Below are positions 15,690-23,207 of a stretch of DNA of 24,294 nt, in pieces. The notes under the pieces were generated by a model. It saw nothing but the letters and a program-made list of their open reading frames with translations, was not told the origin of the DNA and did not search any database. Position 1 is the stretch's first letter, and every line of letters begins with the position of its first letter. Made by a program: the position numbers and the translations under genes. The DNA is from a virus (taxonomy: Duplodnaviria > Caudoviricetes): the IMG/VR virus record IMGVR_UViG_3300023214_000163, positions 1-24,294 of that record; one strand, 5' to 3'.

Positions 15690-17954
15690 TCAGTTCTCCT
15701 TATCTGGGTCTGTCGGAACGAGGAACCCTTCGTTGTCGTACTCGGGGTCTACAAACTTGTCCCACCTCGTCATTATCACAGGCTCTGCCTTCGCCCTGAC
15801 ATCGGGCGTCACTGCCTGCATTGATTCGACCATAGTACCCGCAACCCCGGAAAGCAAGTTGGTCATGGCTTCCGGGGTGTCCTGCACGATCTCCCCAACG
15901 ATTTCGTCGTGGATGAACATGAGAGGAAACACTTTGCCGTAGATGCTGGAGGTCTTTGTCATAGAGTCCTTCACAACCTCGTAGGTCCCGAGGAGCGCAC
16001 CCTCCGCAGAGGGGGTCTGGAGAGCCATACCGTTGCAGCACGCGCAGTAGTCACATGCCATCCTCCACATGCCCATAGGACTCTCGTAGCGGAACCTCTC
16101 CTTCTCGATGGTTTCTTCGTACCACTCACCCTGATCGTCCTGCTTCTGGACGGTGACGGTCCTCGGCCCGTTGAGGTTGTCCAGACAGCCGTGCTGCACA
16201 TGGTCGAAAAACAGTTGGGCTTCCGGGAAGGTCTGCTTCCAAACCTCCTTGAGAAGAACCGCTTTCTCTCTATCTACTTGAATCCCGTAGGTGCCCTTCG
16301 CATACTTGATGAAGGTGTCGGCGCCGAGCCCGCCCGGGTATCCGAGCCCTGTGGGTTTGGCGAAAGTCCTGAAATGCTTGAAGATGTCCTTCGTCTCTTT
16401 ATGGTCCCTGAGCGACATGAACAGTTCATAGACTTCGTCGTAGTCCTCGGGGTTGACTTCAGCGCAAGCCAGTTCCCGAAAGTCCTCGTCCGTGGACATG
16501 GCGATCTGGGCACCAAGGTATGCGTGCGGGTCTCTGCCAGAGTTGATAATCTCGGCAAGATGCGAGTACCCAAACAAGTTGATACAGGCTTGAGCAAATG
16601 TCCCGAGTTCCATCGCACCGTAGTCGATCGAAAACATCCAATGGCCGGGGCGAGGAACATATCCCCTTCGCATACGGGGGTCCACATTCTGACAGTTGAA
16701 ACTCGGGTAGAGGTCTCCGGCAAAGGAGGAGGTCCTGCCGGTCGCCTTGAGTGAGTCGAAGTTCGGGTAGACAACAGGGGCGACCTCGCCCTCCCATTTC
16801 ATCCTGGGGATCTCGGTCGTGAGCATCTTCTGGAAGGTCTGCCGGAACTTGTACTCATCGAGCACGGGATCGAGGTGGGCGTAGTCCTCGAGCCAGTCCT
16901 TGTCTACGGAGACCTGTCCCTCCGGGAAGTTGTCGGTCGGCGCGGTCCTCTTGACCTCGATGTCGGGGTTCTCCTTGGAGATGTTCTCGACATGCGCCAC
17001 CAACTTCGTCTTATCTACTGACTCCTTCTTGCCCTTCGTCATTTTGGGAGGGCAGTCGCAGTTTGACCTGTCGGTGCAGTCCTCGGCGTGGTCCTTGGCG
17101 CCATTGGCGTATGGCCTTGGGGGTTCCTCCGGCTTGAGGATGCCAGCATCCATGAGGTTCTCGAGCCTGCCCGGGTGAAGTTCCTCGGCGATCTCCGCTT
17201 CGACCCTCTCGACCCTTTCCTTGTCCGTCTTGACGCCCCTCGCGGACATGAGCGACAAGGCGCAATCCACGGCGCAGCGGAACTCCAGCACGGCGAAGGG
17301 GTCGTGCCCGGCGTTCTCGATGATGTTCTGGCGAGCATCCTCCTGCGCGTAGTAGACAGCACGCGCCCACACAGCATCCGAAGCGGCGTAGTCCACGGCC
17401 TCCTGGGGCCACTCGGATACCGGCGTGTCCTCGAGGACAGAATAGTTCAGCCTCCACGAGTCCTCGACACCCTGCACTTCCATCTCGCCGGTCTTGGCGT
17501 TCCGCTTGAGGGACGACTTGTCCTCTGTTATGTCCACACCGAAGTACTGCATAACAAGATCAGACAAGCCGTACTTGATCTTGGTCGTCGTGCCTCCGAC
17601 AGTGTAGTACTCAAGGTTGCCGTGACTGGTCAGATTCAGGAGTTTTTCTCGGATCTTGGTGCAGGTCAATCTCCCGTCCTCGAGCATCTGAAAGATCGCG
17701 GGGAGGTACTCGTCGTCGTACCTCGCCATCACGCCGACATCGAAACTCAGGGAGTGAGCGACTCGTGTGCAGTCATCTTCCAGGTTGAAGAGGGCATCGG
17801 CGGTCGGCCTGAACGAAGACTCGCAGACGGAGACGACCTCGGCCTGTTCTTGTTCGATGCAGGTCTGCAGGCAGACGACAGGCGGATGCACATTCCCCGG
17901 AGAGATTCTGTGGGTCTCGGTATCCCACCCTACGACGATGCGGTCCTCGGTCAT
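15690..17954 (-). CDS. polA: DNA polymerase family A with a 3'-5' exonuclease domain (754 aa)
   Basis: ExoI DTETH, ExoII HSLSFD, ExoIII YAASDA; TGRTSS and NCQN; motif A DYGAMEL; motif B RTFAKPTGLGYPGG; motif C IHDEI. Confidence 0.93.
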   Translation of the reverse strand: MTEDRIVVGWDTETHRISPGNVHPPVVCLQTCIEQEQAEVVSVCESSFRPTADALFNLEDDCTRVAHSLSFDVGVMARYDDEYLPAIFQMLEDGRLTCTKIREKLLNLTSHGNLEYYTVGGTTTKIKYGLSDLVMQYFGVDITEDKSSLKRNAKTGEMEVQGVEDSWRLNYSVLEDTPVSEWPQEAVDYAASDAVWARAVYYAQEDARQNIIENAGHDPFAVLEFRCAVDCALSLMSARGVKTDKERVERVEAEIAEELHPGRLENLMDAGILKPEEPPRPYANGAKDHAEDCTDRSNCDCPPKMTKGKKESVDKTKLVAHVENISKENPDIEVKRTAPTDNFPEGQVSVDKDWLEDYAHLDPVLDEYKFRQTFQKMLTTEIPRMKWEGEVAPVVYPNFDSLKATGRTSSFAGDLYPSFNCQNVDPRMRRGYVPRPGHWMFSIDYGAMELGTFAQACINLFGYSHLAEIINSGRDPHAYLGAQIAMSTDEDFRELACAEVNPEDYDEVYELFMSLRDHKETKDIFKHFRTFAKPTGLGYPGGLGADTFIKYAKGTYGIQVDREKAVLLKEVWKQTFPEAQLFFDHVQHGCLDNLNGPRTVTVQKQDDQGEWYEETIEKERFRYESPMGMWRMACDYCACCNGMALQTPSAEGALLGTYEVVKDSMTKTSSIYGKVFPLMFIHDEIVGEIVQDTPEAMTNLLSGVAGTMVESMQAVTPDVRAKAEPVIMTRWDKFVDPEYDNEGFLVPTDPDKEN

Positions 17955-17980
17955 GCAGCACTCCTCGGTCTTGGTCTCGG

Positions 17981-18014
17981 GAAACCGCCACCGCCCCGGC
18001 AGAGGCGGCGGCGG
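17981..18014 (-). terminator. GC-rich hairpin between the SSB and polA genes (partial terminator or stabiliser)
   Basis: Minus strand CCGCCGCCGCC-8 nt-GGCGGTGGCGG followed by a short TTTC. Confidence 0.5.
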
Positions 18015-18035
18015 GAAGAAAGGAAAGAGATCGGG

Positions 18036-18743
18036 TCAGCCCTGCTGCTGCGGGTACTGGGAAGCCTGCGGCGGCGGCGCGGGCTGCTGAGGGTACTGGG
18101 GCTGCTGCGGGGGCGCCTGCTGGGGCTGTTGCGGGTACTGCGTCGGCGCGGGCTGCTGAGGGTACTGCGCCGGCGCGGGCGCGGGCTGGCCCGCCTCGAC
18201 GGACTTCAACTGCTGCAGGAGATCGCCCGGGAAGACCACCGAAAGGGTCTGAGGGCTGCAGTTCTGTTCGACTTCAGAGATCGGGACCTCCCGCTTGTAG
18301 TCGATCTGGGTGAAGTCGTAGTTCTTCTTGGTCTTGACATTGACCGCAAAGAACTCCACGCAGGTGTTCGCCAAGGGCTGGTCGTCTCCGACGATCAACA
18401 TGGCGTTCTCCTCCGTCACCTCCTCCTCGGGCAGACCGAGAGTGTTCGCCACGAACGCCTTGATGTTCCCGAGGAACGAGTCGTGTCGGACCATCAAGAG
18501 GTGAGTGATCTCCTCGGTCTCCCGGTGCCCCCGCCCTTCGTCATTGTCGATCACGAGGAGTGTGGTCATCTCAATAGCGACGAAACTATCGCCGTTCCGA
18601 TTCTGCCCCGCCTTGCAGCGGTTGATCTTCGCCCAGTACCTTCCGGGGCGGACATAGTTCGCCGCGATGCGGGACTTGGCGTTTCCGAGGCCCGAGAAGA
18701 TCGCTTGGACATCCACTGGTTGTTGCTGGTTCATCTGACTCAT
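18036..18743 (-). CDS. Probable single-stranded DNA-binding protein with a Q/P/Y-rich tail (235 aa)
   Basis: Lies between the helicase and polA. Beta-rich OB-like core (YVRPGRYWAKI...FVAIEM...VKTKK.YDFT), strong SD and a disordered tail. Confidence 0.6.
   Translation of the reverse strand: MSQMNQQQPVDVQAIFSGLGNAKSRIAANYVRPGRYWAKINRCKAGQNRNGDSFVAIEMTTLLVIDNDEGRGHRETEEITHLLMVRHDSFLGNIKAFVANTLGLPEEEVTEENAMLIVGDDQPLANTCVEFFAVNVKTKKNYDFTQIDYKREVPISEVEQNCSPQTLSVVFPGDLLQQLKSVEAGQPAPAPAQYPQQPAPTQYPQQPQQAPPQQPQYPQQPAPPPQASQYPQQQG
18039..18188 (-). repeat. Imperfect QYPQQ(P) coding repeats in the SSB tail
   Basis: Four copies of CAGTACCC (QYP) within QPAPAPAQYPQQPAPTQYPQQPQQAPPQQPQYPQQPAPPPQASQYPQQQG. 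Confidence 0.85.
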
Positions 18744-18806
18744 TTCGAGTTGCTCCTTGTGTTGCGTGTTCTTGTTACTGGTCAGAAAGAAATACTCGGC
18801 ACTACG

Positions 18807-19013
18807 CTATGCCGATGTGTCGCGCCTCTCGTCTTCGGAGAGGATCTTTTTGAGTTTATCGACTGGGTCTCGCTTTGCTACGAGGACGACCGCCACTTGC
18901 TGCAGAACGAGATGGAGGAACATCGCCAGCAGGAAGAATATCCACGCGAGCATAACCATAGTGCCCGTGAAGATTTTAGCGTTCTCGGTGACTGCCACAA
19001 AAAACTCTGTCAT
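18807..19013 (-). CDS. Small putative membrane protein (68 aa)
   Basis: Starts 2 nt after the helicase stop. One long hydrophobic segment followed by a charged C-terminus. Confidence 0.55.
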   Translation of the reverse strand: MTEFFVAVTENAKIFTGTMVMLAWIFFLLAMFLHLVLQQVAVVLVAKRDPVDKLKKILSEDERRDTSA

Positions 19014-19015
19014 TT

Positions 19016-21130
19016 TTACTGTGCTCCGAATCTTTCTTGCAGCGCTACAGCGCTGTCTTTGTCGAGATTGTACACCTGGAGTCCTCTCTCGAGCAAGACT
19101 TCGGGAGGAAAAAGTTTCGGTACGGGGTTGTACACCGCTTGGATCAGTTTCTGCCGCGATCCCGTGGTCTGGTGGATGTACAGGGAGTCGTTCAGGCAGG
19201 CCGCGAAGTTCATGTCGTCGAAGAGAAGGGTGTTATTTGTGACAACAAATAACTCGTCCGCTGCCTGGCCGTTCCGGTGAGTTCGGCCCAGCAACTGCTC
19301 AGCCGTGCCCGCCGGTCTAGGCCACTGCAGCATGTACTGGTGCTCGAAATGCTGCAAGTTCTTCCCTGTGCCGTGCGCCGTGATCGACGCCACGATCACA
19401 CGGTCAGCATTGTTGGTGTTCACGATGACCGCATCGGACTCCTTGCCCGCAGGACAATGGATCGGATTGATTCCCTGTTCTCTGAGCCCGTCAACGACCC
19501 ACCTCCCCATCTCCTGGTGGTGGACCCAGATGATGCCGCCTTTCTTCTTCGGGAGCGACATAGCCCACGACACAGCGGCGTTGATCTTATAAGGGCAAAC
19601 GCGGATGGCGTGGCCTTCTCGCTCGGGCCTCCCCTCGAAGTCTGCCGCGCGCATCTCGCACCACTTCTGGTACAGTTCTCCGGGGACATCCCTGTCTCCG
19701 TGCTGGGCCATGTTCGACCCCACGAGCATCGGGGTGTCTAGGTTCTTTTGGGACTCGTACCGCAGGAATCTCCGCAACTCCTCGGCGTATATCTGATGCG
19801 CTTCGTGGTGGTCTTTGGCTCTCTCTATCAGGCTTTCGGCTTCGGACGAGATAATCTCTCTCTGCCTGCAGAGGGTCTCGGGTTCCGGCCATCGGAGTTC
19901 GTTATAGAAGCCCGCCGAGAGTTCGTAGAGCCACTTGAACTTGTGGATTGAGTATTCGATCTCGTCATCGTTCGGCGTGAGCCACTCATCTTCGACTTTC
20001 CTCATCAGTTCGGACAGCAGGCTCCATCCCTCTACGGACTCGTATCCTCTGACCTTCTCGTTTTTGACAACGAGCGATGTGCCGATCTCCGCATCCCCCG
20101 AGGACACAACTCCGGGACAGGTCGAGAGCCTGAGTTTGTACGCCCTGCGGAACCCGGACCTGTTGTCGGTGTACACCTGCGGGTTCTTGATGTCCACGGT
20201 CCTAGCCCAGTCCACCAAGGGTTGGAGCGGCCCTGTCATGGACGCCCCCGCGCTGTCCTCGGCGGAAGCGTCGAGCGCCTCGGCCCATTCGTTCGTCATG
20301 GAAACAGACAGGGGTAAGGGGCAGTTCGACCCCAGGCACCAACGGATCAGGTGGTGGTAGTCCAATATGCTCTTGCGGGTTATGGTGCCCGAGAGCCCGA
20401 CTCCGAGGGGTTTGTGCTTGTGGACATACTCCATCACCCGCCTTGTCCTGGCGGCCCTGCGGTCCTTGAGGTACTGGATCTCGTCGCACACGATCAGTCC
20501 CGGCTCGATCGCATCGAGGTTGTCCGTGGCGTCCTTTGTGGAGAGCAAAGAATAGGGCATGATGTACAGCCCGGCGTTCCCGCTCGTCGCCATCCTCCGC
20601 CTGACATGCGACGGCTTGTCGTACAGGGAATGGACCGGGTAGCAGACAGGGATTCTGGATCTGGCCCACTTGAGGTCCGTGGTCAGCAACTGCGGCATGA
20701 CCGAAGATGGCGCCATGAGGACAATCTTCTTGATCCTGAACAGCGCATATGCGATGTACGCGCAGAGGAGCGTTATAAGGGTCTTGCCCCACCCGACTCC
20801 GATCGGGGCGAACAAGCCCCGGTTGGTCTGAAACGCGAGCCCCGAGCCGGATTGAGTCTTGAATAGTCGAAACCCGGACAGGTACGCCTCTGCCTGCAGT
20901 ACCTGTCTGCAGTACGCTTCATGCTCCTCATCAGTCATGTCGAAAGTGACAGGCAGACCAACTATCCTGTTGATCTCGTACATTGAGATCGCACGGCCCT
21001 CTTCGGACTTTGCAATCTGCATCTTCCGATCGAGTGGGTTGTTTGGGATCTGCGCACTGGCACCGCTTTGGGACTGTATGCCCAAGAGTCGATTGCGCGC
21101 AGCCAACTTCTGCTTGATCGGGTTGCTCAT
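19016..21130 (-). CDS. SF2 (SNF2-like) helicase (704 aa)
   Basis: Motif I GVGWGKT, II CDEIQ, III LSGT, V GTGKNLQ and VI QLLGRTHRNGQ. ATGA overlap with the nuclease gene. Confidence 0.9.
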   Translation of the reverse strand: MSNPIKQKLAARNRLLGIQSQSGASAQIPNNPLDRKMQIAKSEEGRAISMYEINRIVGLPVTFDMTDEEHEAYCRQVLQAEAYLSGFRLFKTQSGSGLAFQTNRGLFAPIGVGWGKTLITLLCAYIAYALFRIKKIVLMAPSSVMPQLLTTDLKWARSRIPVCYPVHSLYDKPSHVRRRMATSGNAGLYIMPYSLLSTKDATDNLDAIEPGLIVCDEIQYLKDRRAARTRRVMEYVHKHKPLGVGLSGTITRKSILDYHHLIRWCLGSNCPLPLSVSMTNEWAEALDASAEDSAGASMTGPLQPLVDWARTVDIKNPQVYTDNRSGFRRAYKLRLSTCPGVVSSGDAEIGTSLVVKNEKVRGYESVEGWSLLSELMRKVEDEWLTPNDDEIEYSIHKFKWLYELSAGFYNELRWPEPETLCRQREIISSEAESLIERAKDHHEAHQIYAEELRRFLRYESQKNLDTPMLVGSNMAQHGDRDVPGELYQKWCEMRAADFEGRPEREGHAIRVCPYKINAAVSWAMSLPKKKGGIIWVHHQEMGRWVVDGLREQGINPIHCPAGKESDAVIVNTNNADRVIVASITAHGTGKNLQHFEHQYMLQWPRPAGTAEQLLGRTHRNGQAADELFVVTNNTLLFDDMNFAACLNDSLYIHQTTGSRQKLIQAVYNPVPKLFPPEVLLERGLQVYNLDKDSAVALQERFGAQ

Positions 21131-22977
21131 CCGTCCACGCCGTAGATTTCCATTCCGGCATGGGGTCGCAGAGCATCAACGAGCGTCTTCAAGTCGCTGG
21201 CCCCGTTGCCCAGACCGATCGCGGTCACGATCGAGGTGCCGAACTCCAGAGCCATAGCGGGCGCCATAGCAGCGAGTTTGCTCCTGCGGTCCCAGACATC
21301 GAGTTCGTAAAAGGACTCCACCCCGGCCCTGGCTGCCATCTCCCTGCCGACTTCTTCCATGACGGTCTCGAGGCGGATTGTGTCCCGCCCGGACCCGGTG
21401 CGACCGAAACCTGACACGGGGCTGCAGTTCACACAGAGCATAAACCCCTTCTTGGGCCTGCCGGTCTTCACCCTGCCCTGCTGCATCGCCTCTTCGTACC
21501 TCTTGGGCTTCTCGGCGGGCGACGAAGACTCCTGCTGTTTGACCTCCTGCTTCGCCGAGGGCGTCGGCGTCTCGTTCGGCTCATCCGATTCGTCTTGGTT
21601 CTCGCCCTCCTTGAGGGACCACCGCACCCGGTCCTTCGTGACCTTCACATCGAACGAAGACGAGGGCGGGACCCCCCGCTTGCCTGCGGTTGAGTCGCAG
21701 ATACGACACGGGCTGCCCTGGGTGTTCAGGCCCGATCCCTTGCAGGCAGGGCACTCGGGGTCGGCCCACGGAGGATCGCCCTGTCCTGACCCCTGCGGCT
21801 GCGGCTCGGGCTGTTGGGGCTCGGGCTGCGGTTCGGGCTGCTGAGGGGCCTGCTGAGGGGCCTGCTGAGGGGCCTGCTGAGGGGCCTGCTGAGGGGTCTG
21901 CTGAGGGGTCTGCTGAGGGGCCTGCTGAGGGGTCTGCTGAGGGGCCTGCTGAGGGGCCTGCTGAGGGGTCTGCTGCTGGGGCGGCGGCGCGGGCTGGGAA
22001 CCAGCGGTAGAGGCGGCGCGGCGTGCTGCGAGTCTTTCGGCGAATACTGAACTCATGTCTTGACCTCCTACTGTTACTGTTGTTGTCTTGGTACTATTGG
22101 CAAGTCTTTTCCCGAAGTCAACCCTCTTAGTGAGACCTTCCGGGCTTTCGCTGCCTGAGCATATGCTGAGGAACGGACACCCTCCGTAGGCATTACACGC
22201 CCGGTCTGTGTTCGGCGGGTCGGGGATTTCGTGCCACTCGTCCACAGAGTCTCGGATCTGCGACATCTCCTCTGCAGACGCCAGAATCTGCTCCCATTTC
22301 CTCTCGATTTCCTCTCTGGTCAGTTCGGCCTCAACGGTCTTGACTCGAAGGTCATCCGGGTCCTTGCAGAAGACATTGTGCCTTACCAGAATCTTCTCGG
22401 GGACGAGGAGCCCCTGCTCCTCCGCTTCGATCAGTTTCTGTTTGGCATAAATCAGCGCTTGGGTGTTGCTCTTGAGTGATTTGGAGGACTGAGCGTACCG
22501 CATCTTTTTGGTGCTCTTGTGGTCCTCGATCCTGTCCGGGTAGGACACATCAATAAAGCCCATGATCTCTATGGTCGTGCCGGTCTCGGAAGCCAGAATG
22601 GGGCGGCGGAACTGCTGCTCTATTTGCCTGCCGGGGAGTCTCTGAATCGTGCCGTTTTCGATCGCGGCGTCTACGAGCCTCCGAATGATCGACTCCTCGT
22701 CGGGTGTGATTCTCTCTCCCTCGTCGTCGAACTGCCACCCCTCCGGGTACAACTCGACCGGCCTCCCGTCCTCCCCGTACCCGAGATCGTCCGCCCTCAT
22801 CCATCGCTCGATGACCGCGTGCAGCACAGTCCCGAAAGTAAAGGACCCCTTCTGCAACTGGGGCAGTTTGCGCACCTTGTCGAACCACCACTTGCGCTTG
22901 CATGTCTCGAAGGTGTCGAACTGCGACGCCGACACGATCAAATGCCTCCGTTCTCGTTTTTCTTTCCAGTCTTTCAC
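21127..22977 (-). CDS. Cas4/AddB-like PD-(D/E)XK exonuclease with a long C-terminal extension (PQQ repeats, Zn ribbon, unknown domain)
   Basis: SASQ...C.RKWW, FGTVLH, GFID...EDHKS, Q..IY, and C-x5-C-x5-C (Fe-S-type Cys cluster). Start taken as GTG 22977 (GTGA overlap); 23019 is an alternative. Confidence 0.88.
   Translation of the reverse strand: MKDWKEKRERRHLIVSASQFDTFETCKRKWWFDKVRKLPQLQKGSFTFGTVLHAVIERWMRADDLGYGEDGRPVELYPEGWQFDDEGERITPDEESIIRRLVDAAIENGTIQRLPGRQIEQQFRRPILASETGTTIEIMGFIDVSYPDRIEDHKSTKKMRYAQSSKSLKSNTQALIYAKQKLIEAEEQGLLVPEKILVRHNVFCKDPDDLRVKTVEAELTREEIERKWEQILASAEEMSQIRDSVDEWHEIPDPPNTDRACNAYGGCPFLSICSGSESPEGLTKRVDFGKRLANSTKTTTVTVGGQDMSSVFAERLAARRAASTAGSQPAPPPQQQTPQQAPQQAPQQTPQQAPQQTPQQTPQQAPQQAPQQAPQQAPQQPEPQPEPQQPEPQPQGSGQGDPPWADPECPACKGSGLNTQGSPCRICDSTAGKRGVPPSSSFDVKVTKDRVRWSLKEGENQDESDEPNETPTPSAKQEVKQQESSSPAEKPKRYEEAMQQGRVKTGRPKKGFMLCVNCSPVSGFGRTGSGRDTIRLETVMEEVGREMAARAGVESFYELDVWDRRSKLAAMAPAMALEFGTSIVTAIGLGNGASDLKTLVDALRPHAGMEIYGVDG
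21838..21969. repeat. 11 x 12-bp tandem repeat CTGCTGAGGGG(C/T), encoding (A/T)PQQ
   Basis: Counted directly. The units differ only at one position. Confidence 0.97.
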
Positions 22978-23207
22978 GATGTCTTTTCTTCCTCTTTGGG
23001 GTGCCTGATGCTTTTCCACGAGGAAGTAGAAGGAGACCTATCGTATTCTAGTCCTATTCCCGTTCTGGTGTACCAGTTTCCGGTGTTGGTCCTGACCTCT
23101 CCCTCGGATGAAACTTCAACCACAGTCGATCTCCGTGTAGTCTTGCTTGCATCTGTGTCTACTGTTTCATACACGGTGTCCCCGACATGGTAGTATTGCT
23201 TAGCCAA
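22974..23207 (-). CDS. Small hypothetical protein (77 aa, MAKQYYHVGDTVY...), possibly an SH3-like beta barrel
   Basis: TTG start after AAGGA overlaps the primase-helicase stop, and its stop overlaps the nuclease GTG. Lower GC than its neighbours. Confidence 0.55.
   Translation of the reverse strand: MAKQYYHVGDTVYETVDTDASKTTRRSTVVEVSSEGEVRTNTGNWYTRTGIGLEYDRSPSTSSWKSIRHPKEEEKTS

Noticed and set aside
17088-19280. 730-aa plus-strand ORF
   Set aside because: It is the antisense shadow of polA, SSB and helicase in GC-rich DNA. The LLRVL repeats simply mirror the QYPQQ codons.
15690-21130. Inteins or introns in polA or the helicase
   Set aside because: Gene sizes are ordinary, motifs are contiguous, and no intein splice-junction or homing endonuclease motifs were seen.
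21838-21969. Repeat array beside a Cas4-like domain considered as a CRISPR array
   Set aside because: The units are 12 bp, have no spacers and are in-frame coding. No cas1, cas2 or effector genes are present.
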